Positions 1 to 8,940 of a stretch of DNA of 64,000 bases are shown here, piece after piece. The position numbers were made by a program, and so were the translations under genes. A model generated the notes under the pieces. That model searched no databases and had not been told where the DNA came from. It saw only the letters and a program-made list of their open reading frames with translations. How positions within the stretch are numbered: the first letter of the stretch is position 1; each line of letters opens with the position of its first letter. The stretch lies in sequence record PP793740.1; one strand, given 5' to 3'.

Positions 1-565
1 CGTCCAGATGTTCATCAATAGCATTCCACATACGGATGATGTCAACTTTCTCGTGCAGACTAAGTTTACGATCGCTCTTGATATCTTCGTGATAGTTTTT
101 ATAACCGAATTCTTTCTTATCGGTATACATAACTCCATCCATCACGCGGCGATAATCAAACTGTCGTTCACCTACAGCATCACCTTGGATGTTATTATAA
201 GAACCACCATATCCATCAACTTCATTATTAAGATACATAGTTCTTAGACGCTCATGCGCCATAACCCAACGTTGCATAATTGGACCAGCTGTTTGTAGTT
301 CAGCTAATGTCTCAAGATACACAATGTTGTTCGACTGCCATAAGTTATCTTTCTTTGTGGTCAGATTCCGCAGTGCTTGAACAGCAGCTGATTCACTAAT
401 CATACTGTACATATTTTGAGCAGTATTAAAAAAGCTAGCAGCAGCAGTTGACATAGTTGAACGAAGTGCCTGACTACGCTCACCCAACCATTGAGTTGTT
501 TGCTGTGTAAGATGGCCACCTGCACAGATGTCCAAGAGGTCTACACCATGTGCATCTACAATCAT
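1..565 (-). CDS. Conserved jumbo-phage core protein, 3'-truncated by the window edge; syntenic with phiKZ gp59 (nuclear import factor Imp3 candidate)
   Basis: Missing from the ORF track. Hand translation from ATG at 565 (RBS GAGGTG) is open to position 1: MIVDAHGVDLLDICAGGHL...QRWVMAHERLR...HEKVDIIRMWNAIDEHLD. Third gene after the gp55/56/56.1 locus. Confidence 0.7.
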   Translation of the reverse strand, partial: MIVDAHGVDLLDICAGGHLTQQTTQWLGERSQALRSTMSTAAASFFNTAQNMYSMISESAAVQALRNLTTKKDNLWQSNNIVYLETLAELQTAGPIMQRWVMAHERLRTMYLNNEVDGYGGSYNNIQGDAVGERQFDYRRVMDGVMYTDKKEFGYKNYHEDIKSDRKLSLHEKVDIIRMWNAIDEHLD

Positions 566-573
566 TATACACC

Positions 574-999
574 TCAGTTATTGGCCGTATATGACCAGCA
601 TAGATTAAACGGATGTTGCATAGGTAAGTTAAATGTATTTAGTTCCTGACCGATCCAATTGACAGCTTTTGTAACACCTTCAACAGTTACAGTTAATTCA
701 ACATGGATATCATGTTCAGGTGCAGTCACCACAATAGTGATTGGATCATCATGTTTAATACGGAATCCAAACTTAGGATGATGGAATCCAGTATATTCAC
801 CTTTAGTATTTTCTAGAATACATTCAAATAGATTAGTTTCTTTATTAAGTTTAAATGTAACTAGTTTATCTGAATCTTTAAGTAAACCATTATCCCCAAA
901 TACATTGAATCGATAATGCTTATGGCAGATACCAAGTGTTTTTGGTACATCATGGGAATTATCGATTTGCTTAGTACATTCGTTGCATTTACTATTCAT
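574..999 (-). CDS. Hypothetical protein (gp58 position)
   Basis: 141-aa ORF in a co-oriented operon; N-terminal CxxC...C..H; no family recognised. Confidence 0.7.
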   Translation of the reverse strand: MNSKCNECTKQIDNSHDVPKTLGICHKHYRFNVFGDNGLLKDSDKLVTFKLNKETNLFECILENTKGEYTGFHHPKFGFRIKHDDPITIVVTAPEHDIHVELTVTVEGVTKAVNWIGQELNTFNLPMQHPFNLCWSYTANN

Positions 1000-1011
1000 C
1001 TTTATTTACCT

Positions 1012-1395
1012 TTAATAGATTTGTTTATCAAAAGAACAATTGATTGGAATAGTGATAACTTCATTAGTAATTACATGTTTACCTGTCTTTTTAAAGAATT
1101 GTGCAAATTTTGAAGTAGCTGGAATTACAAGGGTATCATCCCGATCATTATTTGACATATTGTAAAAAGTAAACTTACCGTCTAGGTTAAACCTAATGCA
1201 CCACTTAATATTTCGTATTTTGAAATCTATACCAAATCTTAAATGACCATCAATCAATTCAGAACCACCGTATTCATAAGCTCCGGTGAAATTCCAATTA
1301 ATTTCTGATAATTGGAAAGTTACAGGATGTTCGCCATATTCATCTTGTATGTAGTAACCATCATGAGCTTTCCAATAGATAACTAAATCATGCAT
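1012..1395 (-). CDS. Hypothetical protein (gp57 position)
   Basis: 127-aa ORF, RBS GAGG upstream, co-oriented with neighbours. Confidence 0.7.
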   Translation of the reverse strand: MHDLVIYWKAHDGYYIQDEYGEHPVTFQLSEINWNFTGAYEYGGSELIDGHLRFGIDFKIRNIKWCIRFNLDGKFTFYNMSNNDRDDTLVIPATSKFAQFFKKTGKHVITNEVITIPINCSFDKQIY

Positions 1396-1411
1396 ACTAC
1401 TAGCCTCAAAG

Positions 1412-1444
1412 AATTAATAGGGGATTCAAACTCCCCTATTAATT
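1412..1444 (-). terminator. Intrinsic terminator-like hairpin
   Basis: 13-bp stem AATTAATAGGGGA/TCCCCTATTAATT. Confidence 0.6.
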
Positions 1445-1454
1445 TATTTTGCTT

Positions 1455-1643
1455 TTAATCATTAAGCTTAGAGATCATTTCGACATATGCATCGACAAAC
1501 CTTCTGTTTACCACTACATCACCATTCCCGCAAGTAATATATCTCTTAGTGAATACGGCTACCGATCTGGCTTCACGTTCATCTCATTCGACTTGTGATA
1601 AACATTCCGGGTTACGTCGAATAATTTCACGAATATTAGACAT
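1455..1643 (-). pseudogene. 62-codon ORF interrupted by one in-frame TGA
   Basis: RBS AAGGGG, then MSNIREIIRRNPECLSQVE*DEREARSVAVFTKRYITCGNGDVVVNRRFVDAYVEMISKLND*; TGA at 1584-1586. Confidence 0.5.
1534..1541 (-). promoter_or_regulatory. Possible phiKZ early promoter core TATATTAC
   Basis: Exact TATATTAC on minus strand, but it lies inside the broken ORF. Confidence 0.35.
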
Positions 1644-1747
1644 TGGGTATTCCCCTTATCACTATTGCATCTTAGTGATATAAATCTGAAATTAAATCCA
1701 GTGGAACTTTACATCCATGGTTAGTCGCCGCCATAACAGGAAATAAA

Positions 1748-1774
1748 GCCCCCTACTACATAAATAGTAGGGGT
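1748..1774 (-). terminator. Terminator after RNAP exon 2
   Basis: CCCCTACTA/TAGTAGGGG stem followed by a T-rich run on minus strand. Confidence 0.7.
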
Positions 1775-1784
1775 AAGTTTATTA

Positions 1785-1985
1785 TTACGACTTCAACCAT
1801 TCTTCTAATGGCGGTAAATACTTCTCATGCGCCCAGTTAATAATTGTTTCTACAACAGGACCCTGTAATTCAAGGTTACCTGAGATTTCATGTGGTTCAT
1901 CAATAGATAGAACCCATGTATGTGGAGCAATGCGTTCAGTTGCTTTGGTTAAATACACATCAGGCATTAACGTTAAATTAAGTTG
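1785..1985 (-). CDS. Non-virion RNA polymerase beta'-like subunit, exon 2 (phiKZ gp56.1)
   Basis: Begins CAA (Q) right after the intron terminal G, giving spliced NADFDGD|QLNLTLMP; 66 aa plus stop. Confidence 0.9.
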   Translation of the reverse strand, partial: QLNLTLMPDVYLTKATERIAPHTWVLSIDEPHEISGNLELQGPVVETIINWAHEKYLPPLEEWLKS

Positions 1986-3509
1986 CACTATCTTCATACA
2001 GCATCGTCAGCGACATGTCTAAAAATCATCTGGGTCATTTTCATATTTAAAAATGAACCCATTAATTGGTCGACGGTCTTTCTTTTTGAGTTTGCTAGTT
2101 ACTACTTTCTTTGATAATCCAAGATCGAGATATGCCTGCTTGGCTGATTTGTATTTCAAAATCTCGCCAGTTTCCACATTTTTCACAAGTGTGGTCTTAT
2201 TTTTAGCCTGACTATACTCAATGGATTCATCCCAGGTTGGCCATTCTGAACCAACCCGACGTACAATGTACCTATCCATAATGACTGGATAAATTGCATG
2301 TCCGCTAACTTTCAAAGAAATCGTACCTACACTAACCCCTATCGCCTCACTTGCTTTCTTTTGCGAGTCATATTTCCTGATTTCACCCGTAACGATATCC
2401 TTTATCTCAATACCGTCGTGCTCAAGAACAATTCCGTCCGTGTTAATTCCGCGATTTTTCAACATTCTCATGATCGCGGTATTCTTTGCTGATCCAATAT
2501 AACCGGTTTTGATTGCATTTCCATGCAACACATTTTCACTCTGGGTTACCCATTCTAGGTTATCGGGTACTGTATTGTCACGATCACCATCTATGTGGTT
2601 GACCACTTTCTCATTGATGGTGTTATCGTATTCAATAAATGTCAGTGCAGCTACACGGTGTAAATTCGTTCCTACATAGGTGCCATCATCTCGACGCAAT
2701 CCAAGATCTCTGTATCCAGTTGTCGCCAAACTTGTTAATTTAGCTGAACCTTCAAAAAGACTTATGACCTTGAGTTCATCATTGATTGCATAGCAGGTAA
2801 AACTAGGGATGAAATAATATCCTGGGAAGGTGGGAACCTCCAATCCTTCTTCCGGGAATTTCCAAATCAAGTTTCTAGGATGAATATTGTCTTCATCTCC
2901 ATCAGAAAACAATATTTCGCAGCGGCTAACAAACTCTAATGGCGCATGCCAGCCTTTAAAACACACTGCTATCAACTTAGTAACATGAATGGGTAGTCTA
3001 TGCCATGGTAATTCAAGAACGTAATGTCGGTTTATTGGATCTATCAATTTATCCAAAAATCGATCATAGACTAACCCATCCAGAGTCAGTCTATAACGCC
3101 CGAATGTACCGGGAATCACAATTTCTCTCGATTTGGGTATACGACTGTAAATAAACACATATCCTCCATTGGAAGACATGTCGCTGCTGTACCGTCCACT
3201 TAATATCTCCCGACATTAAGTAACTGCTCTAGCTTTCACTAGATGGTGAGACTATATCTTCTTCCCAGAGGGAAGCCTTCTATTTCGGACCACTTGGCCC
3301 TACTCTACTCCCTTGGCTGCTTTCGCAGTGGTTTCGATAGTCGTTGAACGTTCTTCCTATCTCGCCTCACGGCAATACGTAGAAGCTTCGCTGCTGATTG
3401 TCCAATCCTAACACTTTTCAAACCGTTACATTTTAGCTTTCGCTATCTGCTTTGGTAGTTAGGCTCTAAGGAGGTTCCAGCAATTAAGAAGGTTAGGAGA
3501 CCAATTAAA
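1986..3509 (-). mobile_element. Group I self-splicing intron with homing endonuclease
   Basis: P AATTGCTGGAAC (3474-3485), Q AATCAGCAGC (3390-3399), R GTTCAACGACTATCG (3335-3349), S AAGATATAGTCTC (3248-3260). P1 is exon GGAGAU paired with intron GUCUCC, with U.G at the splice site. Terminal G at 1986. Confidence 0.93.
2019..3179 (-). CDS. Intron-encoded HNH homing endonuclease (phiKZ gp56-like)
   Basis: HNH motif VVNHIDGDRDNTVPDNLEWVTQSENVLH; two C-terminal NUMOD1/IENR1-like repeats (KDIVTGEIRKYDSQKKASEAIG; KNVETGEILKYKSAKQAYLDLG). Confidence 0.9.
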   Translation of the reverse strand: MSSNGGYVFIYSRIPKSREIVIPGTFGRYRLTLDGLVYDRFLDKLIDPINRHYVLELPWHRLPIHVTKLIAVCFKGWHAPLEFVSRCEILFSDGDEDNIHPRNLIWKFPEEGLEVPTFPGYYFIPSFTCYAINDELKVISLFEGSAKLTSLATTGYRDLGLRRDDGTYVGTNLHRVAALTFIEYDNTINEKVVNHIDGDRDNTVPDNLEWVTQSENVLHGNAIKTGYIGSAKNTAIMRMLKNRGINTDGIVLEHDGIEIKDIVTGEIRKYDSQKKASEAIGVSVGTISLKVSGHAIYPVIMDRYIVRRVGSEWPTWDESIEYSQAKNKTTLVKNVETGEILKYKSAKQAYLDLGLSKKVVTSKLKKKDRRPINGFIFKYENDPDDF

Positions 3510-4772
3510 ATCTCCGTCGAAATCTGCGTTTGGAGCCTTAAGGCATAAAACTGACATGCTGATAGAATTATCATTAATGTCATCTTTTACTTTAGTAATA
3601 AAGAACTGCTGCGTAGATCCACGTTGAAGCGTTGGATTTCGGTGAAAAGTACAACCCATCCCTTTATAAGGGGCTGCTTCTGCAATTAGCTCTTTAAATA
3701 GATCTGCAATGATTTGGTTATATTGAAGTACATTCTCATATACAAATGAGAATGCTTCACGAGTTGTCATGTTAAACTTTGCTTTTAGTTTATTGGTTAG
3801 ATGATACTTTAATAATTGACAACCTACCCCCCAAGGGATATGTAGTTCATCATAATCATGCGGGTCACTAATAGAAGTGATTACTGCACGTGCCGTAGCG
3901 TTGAGACGAGCACCAAACATGTGACGCCGAGCAAGACCAGGCTTTTGAGCAATTCGTGATTTTGCGTAGATCTCGTAGAACTGGCCATATAGTCTTAGTC
4001 CTCGCATAGTCCTATTCTGAGCTTTAATTGGACTAAGTGGTACAGATGATGCATCAATACTAGCGAAGGTTAAGGTAGCATCAATTGCTGCTTCAATTGG
4101 TTTATCTAAGTAAGTACCAGATGTGGTTGATTCTGCTACGAAACAGAGTTTAGAAGGAACTGGTAAATATTTAGGGAATAACTTATCTTTATTCTGAGCA
4201 ACGAATTGAGCGAATTCGGATTTATTATTAGAGATAATATTTGCATCTAGTAGGAATTGGAAGATCTCATTGAAATTATCAATGAAGTGATTTAATCCTC
4301 TTTCAAATCCTCGATGCAGTAGCCTATCTACTTTCCTGCGTGTTTCCTTAGAACCAATAGATTCTACATCGTATCGATAAGAAGTATCAGTTAGATATGC
4401 TAAGAAATCGAATTCTTTAGTTACTAGATATCCGGTTAGCATAATGATTAAACGTGGGTTAATTAGGCTACGTACATGTTTTGGTGTACGAACCCACATT
4501 GATGGTTCGATAGGGCGGCTAGAAGTATTGACAACTGGAGTATTACAAATATCACAGATTACTCCGAGTTTATGTGCGTCTTCGATTGCTCGACAATCAC
4601 AGCTTACACTACTTTCAATTGCTTCTGAATCTTGGAAATGAGAATAGAAATGTCTATCAAATTCTTCTTTCTCATCTGAGTTACTCGTATTGTAATCATT
4701 GGCATAAATTCGTTTACCCGTAAATTGATCATGTACTTCATCATGATCAACAACTTTGGCATAAAGACCCAT
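3510..4772 (-). CDS. Non-virion RNA polymerase beta'-like subunit, exon 1 (phiKZ gp55)
   Basis: Zn-binding CDC...CDIC, RLNATARAVIT, RNPTL and catalytic NADFDGD at the exon end; spliced product about 487 aa. Confidence 0.93.
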
Positions 4773-4807
4773 ACCAAACTCCTATTTATCGATTAACAAA
4801 AAAAGGA

Positions 4808-4840
4808 GATATAAGCGGCCCCCGAAGGAGCCGCTATATC
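4808..4840 (-). terminator. Terminator of the chimallin transcript
   Basis: GATATA-AGCGGC stem, UUCG loop on minus strand, T-run follows. Confidence 0.75.
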
Positions 4841-4844
4841 AGTT

Positions 4845-5165
4845 TTTACAATGGACCACCAACGGAGCCTGGCTCGGTCCTAGTGTCGTCTACAAAGCTT
4901 AACCTCCGCTCTTCTCTGTAGCACTCTGGCACTAGGACCTTTTACCATCCATTGTAGTTTTTGATCACACGTCACCTTTTGAGTAACTCCTTTCGGTTAA
5001 GTGATCTATCATCCTCGTGTAGTGAGAGGTCGGCCTAGACTAAGTCCACTAGCCGATTACTTCACGGAACCTACTCCTAACCGTTGTCACCGAAGTGAAC
5101 CAGGTTCGCAGTATTAGAATTGGGATGTTACTTATTTAACATCCCTATCTACCGAGGTATTTCCT
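4845..5165 (-). ncRNA. Candidate structured RNA or 3' UTR downstream of chimallin
   Basis: Nested inverted repeats 4847-4855/4948-4956, 4876-4885/4930-4939, 4963-4968/5001-5006, 5030-5034/5052-5056, 5122-5130/5137-5145; no long ORF. Confidence 0.4.
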
Positions 5166-5166
5166 A

Positions 5167-7047
5167 TTAGTACCAGGTACCCGGTGCATTATAGGAAGGA
5201 GCGCCGTAGGTTTGACCCATGCTGCCAGCCATACCAACTTGTGCACTACCAGAAACAGCCATGTTACCCATACCGGTGTAACCAGCGAAGCGCTGTTGAC
5301 CGAAGTTGGTAATTAGGTTTTCCATGGTTACAGTTACACCAGCTGCTGCTGCTGCGGCATCCATTGCGGTGATGAATTTCGGGTTAAAGGTTAGACGACG
5401 AGCACGACCAGTATAGGTAACGTTACCTAGGTACATCTTGTCGAAGCCTTTACTGTTATTCATACGACGCACAATGTGGTCATTACCTACTTGAGTAGCA
5501 TACCAGGTCTTCCACTCTTGATCGTTACCTTCAGACATGTTCATGGCACCTAGAACGTCAAGATCACGACGGTCACTTAGTTCGCCATGCTCATCAGTGT
5601 AGTGACCGAGGTCTACTTCATGATGGTTGTCAAAGATGATCGGACCAGCTTCAGCTAGGTTATAGAACTGACGGAAATCAGTGCCATATAGGTTAGTTAG
5701 AGCTTGGAAGATCAGGCTAACTGCACGAGCTTGGTTTACGCCACCAGCTGCATCTAGGACTACTTGCTCAAGAGCAGAGTTGTCACCCATCGGATCGATA
5801 TCGATCTGGAATGCAGGGTTCTGGTTAACCATCTTGTTCATTAGCATTACGAAGTTGCTGTCGTCTGCCATGAATGCTTCGGTGCGAGTTTCAATCGCTT
5901 TACCTAGCTCTGAGTAATAACCAAGTGCACCAATATCACGCATCTTGCTGGTAGCGATCTTCGGCATTAGGGTACGAGCCCATGCCTGGGATGCAGTTGC
6001 ACGATACGCATTACCAAGTGCGAACAGCCACATTTCTAGAGTCCATGCTTGGATCCAGGAAGCCTTACGAACGTCAGTGATAACGATGTAAGGAGTGAAC
6101 TGCGGAGGTAGAACTGCACCAGGTAGAGTTACGCCGAACATACCTTGTTGCTGGCCAGTGGTCGGAGTCCAATGTAGGTCTACGAATAGACTAACTTGGT
6201 TTAGCTGGCTATCGGTATCATAGAACTCGTTCTCAGGTACGTTGGTTTTCTTACCACGGCTAGTGGAGATAACCAGGTCAGAACGAATCGGATTACCGCA
6301 GCTATCTTTAACCGGAATACCATTGTAGTCTAGGTTGCAGGTAAGCTGTTCGTTTTCTGCTTTGATGTGGGTCGCAATAGAGAACGGAGTCTCATTGTTA
6401 CGACGTGCGATAGCATCTTCACAGATATTAACAGATTCAACTAGTAGGTTCTTAACAGCTAGTTCATCTTTGAAGTCGAAGTCAGCATACACTGCACGGG
6501 GACCGGCAGATAGTACTTCTAGACCAGGGATGTTGTAACGGTTCCGTAGGAATTCGCCGATCTTGCTCCAGTATTGAGCAGTGAATACATCACGCGGTAG
6601 TACCTTCTCTTCAATGATGTCGTCAGTTAGACCATTGTTGATCTTGTGGGTACGGGGACGGATGCGAGTACCAGGTAGGTTATCGAGTACTAGAGTACGA
6701 ACGAATGCCTTCATGGAACCATTGATATCTTTAGCTAGTTTAACAATTAGTAGACCAGCCATACCAACTTGTTGCGCATCGCGATCGAAACGATGGATAT
6801 CGAAATCATCAGGTAGGTCCTGATGGCGGATTGCTTCTTCTTTTACTTTAGTGAATACTTGTAGGGCATCTGCTGAACGAGCATCAGAACCATCTAGCCG
6901 CCCAGAGCGACGCATTAGATGGTTAATGCCAGTAGTAGACCCAGGCGCGCCAGTAGGACGTTGAGCTTGACGCTGTGCAGTGGGTTGCGGAGCAGGAGCA
7001 GTAGCTTGAGTTTGAACGGTGCCGATTTCGTTTTCGTTAACAGCCAT
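5167..7047 (-). CDS. chmA: Chimallin, major phage-nucleus shell protein (phiKZ gp54)
   Basis: 626 aa with flexible Q/A/P-rich N-terminus and G/M-rich C-terminal tail; lies immediately upstream of the nvRNAP gp55 gene; early promoter; strongly biased codon usage; resembles recalled gp54. Confidence 0.9.
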   Translation of the reverse strand: MAVNENEIGTVQTQATAPAPQPTAQRQAQRPTGAPGSTTGINHLMRRSGRLDGSDARSADALQVFTKVKEEAIRHQDLPDDFDIHRFDRDAQQVGMAGLLIVKLAKDINGSMKAFVRTLVLDNLPGTRIRPRTHKINNGLTDDIIEEKVLPRDVFTAQYWSKIGEFLRNRYNIPGLEVLSAGPRAVYADFDFKDELAVKNLLVESVNICEDAIARRNNETPFSIATHIKAENEQLTCNLDYNGIPVKDSCGNPIRSDLVISTSRGKKTNVPENEFYDTDSQLNQVSLFVDLHWTPTTGQQQGMFGVTLPGAVLPPQFTPYIVITDVRKASWIQAWTLEMWLFALGNAYRATASQAWARTLMPKIATSKMRDIGALGYYSELGKAIETRTEAFMADDSNFVMLMNKMVNQNPAFQIDIDPMGDNSALEQVVLDAAGGVNQARAVSLIFQALTNLYGTDFRQFYNLAEAGPIIFDNHHEVDLGHYTDEHGELSDRRDLDVLGAMNMSEGNDQEWKTWYATQVGNDHIVRRMNNSKGFDKMYLGNVTYTGRARRLTFNPKFITAMDAAAAAAGVTVTMENLITNFGQQRFAGYTGMGNMAVSGSAQVGMAGSMGQTYGAPSYNAPGTWY

Positions 7048-7119
7048 TTTAAATACCTTTACGATTATGGTTTCTTGATCAAGAAGAACCTAAGTACTTA
7101 GTATACTAGATTCAATTTA

Positions 7120-7140
7120 GTAATATAAATCTCAAATTTT
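7120..7140 (-). promoter_or_regulatory. Early promoter (TATATTAC) of chimallin
   Basis: TTTGAGATTTATATTAC on minus strand, about 70 nt upstream of the ATG; matches the phiKZ early consensus. Confidence 0.8.
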
Positions 7141-7358
7141 TTTCATTACAACATAGACGCTATAATCTGCTATCAGCAGATCGTAACGAACACTATGTTC
7201 ACTACATATTATTACAATCTGAGTATTATTTATTTTTCATTTTACAATTTCCATATCTTCTTTTTTGAGTTTATGGGTATAAAGTTTGAATCCAGAAACT
7301 AATTTACGTCAGTCCTGTATTAAATAATAACTATCAGTATTTTTATAAAATGCAGTTA

Positions 7359-7724
7359 TCATTTACTTTGCATATATTTACGAACTGTTCCAAAAAGAGA
7401 ATGGTACAGTTTGTATAGTTTACTAACTGGATCAACTTTATTATTATCAGTTGTGTCAAATTTAGCAACAAATGGTGAATGTGCTGAAGCAGATGTTTCA
7501 TTTACTTTAACTACACTACCAAATCGATGCGCGACTAATAGCTTAACTAATTCCTCATGGAGTTTAGTAGCAGTTGCTAATGGATTGGGGTCATTAGGAT
7601 CTATCTTAACTCTACGCTCTACATTGAAAAAGTTAACTACAATTTCTTTGCTAGTCATGTATACGGTAAGATCTTTGTTATTACCTAAATATAGTGGCGG
7701 GTCTTCAACATTATTTTTAGCCAT
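7359..7724 (-). CDS. Hypothetical protein (gp53 position)
   Basis: 121-aa ORF with RBS AGGA. Confidence 0.7.
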   Translation of the reverse strand: MAKNNVEDPPLYLGNNKDLTVYMTSKEIVVNFFNVERRVKIDPNDPNPLATATKLHEELVKLLVAHRFGSVVKVNETSASAHSPFVAKFDTTDNNKVDPVSKLYKLYHSLFGTVRKYMQSK

Positions 7725-7805
7725 TGTATATTCCTATTTGTAATTACTACTGTTGTTACCAAACTATGATATAGATCTCAATTAATTTTTAATCGGATAA
7801 TAACC

Positions 7806-8897
7806 ATGTATAATTTATTTAAGAATGCTCCGTCACGTAAATTGGGGCAGGTGGTTGATCCTAACATCCATTATATCCGACGAATCTACGCTGAGCAAAT
7901 TAGGGACGTTAAAAGTTATTATAGACGGGCACCGAAGTATGTTGAATCTAAAAATATATTAGCACAAATGATTCGACATTTTAACGTAGAGTTACTAAGT
8001 GATGATGCTACTTTTATAAAGAACGTGGACGATCGTTCACGTGCTATTATTCGTTCATTTGGTATTACATCATCTTTAAATAAAGGTAAGGTTCATGTAG
8101 GTGGTGTTACACTTGGCCCTCAGACTGAAGAAGTTTTAGTATCCACATCAGAGAGCTTTGATCTAAAAGATCTAAATAAAACATGGTATAAACTTTCCCC
8201 TGTTACGTATCTGTATCATACACGTACTGATACTAATTTACCTATCATGAACAATACCACGCAGGGTAGAGGCTATGGTGTAACTCTAGTAAATATACCA
8301 ATGCTTCTTGTGATGTACCGTTACTGGTATCGATGGCAAGTTGAGAAGAATCCTGATGAAGTTGAAGATACATATAGGTTTATAGGATCATTTGTATTGC
8401 CAAATATGGTTGACTCTTATTTAGATATTTCTTTCTTTAACAGGTTAGCAAGGAATGCTTTAGATATTAAAAATCCAACATTCCCTATACCGCATCCATT
8501 TTACATCACTGATATGAATCCACGTATTGATAAACTATGTACAACTATCAATAGAGAATCCATATTAAAGGGTGTAGACATGGAAGGTTTATCATGGATA
8601 ACACCAGCTATCGTACAATCTAATTTGTTCGATATGATGCGACTCCCACGAGAACCTATTAATAGGAATAATGAATGGGCTTATGTATTGGCTCGCACAC
8701 CCTTCATTAAGTATCTTGTAGGACAGCTTTTAAAGAACACTGGTTATGATCAATCTTCTGTTAACGCTGTATTAATTGATCTTATAGAAGCATCTAATGA
8801 TCAAGCATTTAAGCAACAAGCAAATAGCGAGTTTGTAAAAGCTCAACAGGCACAAGTTGATTGGATGATAGATGCACTTAAAAGAAAAGAAATGTGA
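7806..8897 (+). CDS. Conserved jumbo-phage protein (gp52 position), probably virion-associated
   Basis: 363-aa ORF, divergent from gp53, followed by a bidirectional hairpin. Confidence 0.7.
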   Translation: MYNLFKNAPSRKLGQVVDPNIHYIRRIYAEQIRDVKSYYRRAPKYVESKNILAQMIRHFNVELLSDDATFIKNVDDRSRAIIRSFGITSSLNKGKVHVGGVTLGPQTEEVLVSTSESFDLKDLNKTWYKLSPVTYLYHTRTDTNLPIMNNTTQGRGYGVTLVNIPMLLVMYRYWYRWQVEKNPDEVEDTYRFIGSFVLPNMVDSYLDISFFNRLARNALDIKNPTFPIPHPFYITDMNPRIDKLCTTINRESILKGVDMEGLSWITPAIVQSNLFDMMRLPREPINRNNEWAYVLARTPFIKYLVGQLLKNTGYDQSSVNAVLIDLIEASNDQAFKQQANSEFVKAQQAQVDWMIDALKRKEM

Positions 8898-8932
8898 CAT
8901 AAACCCCCTCCTAAATTGGAGGGGGTTATATG
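8898..8932. terminator. Bidirectional terminator
   Basis: AACCCCCTCC-TAAATT-GGAGGGGGTT between convergent genes. Confidence 0.8.
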
Positions 8933-8940
8933 CCGTTTTA

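Noticed and set aside
8-247. Plus-strand 79-aa ORF
   Set aside because: Antisense shadow of the real minus-strand gene 1..565
1785-1997. Stand-alone 70-aa gene starting MKIV
   Set aside because: The first four codons lie in the intron; this is exon 2 of the RNAP gene
3459-3509. C-terminal FNWSPNLLNCWNLLRA of the RNAP ORF
   Set aside because: Read-through into intron P1/P elements, not real protein in the spliced product
5681-7101. Four plus-strand ORFs opposite chimallin
   Set aside because: Shadows caused by strong codon bias; no RBS, and S/R-rich junk composition
7411-7743. Hydrophobic-looking 110-aa plus-strand ORF
   Set aside because: Exact antisense of 7359..7724, which has the RBS
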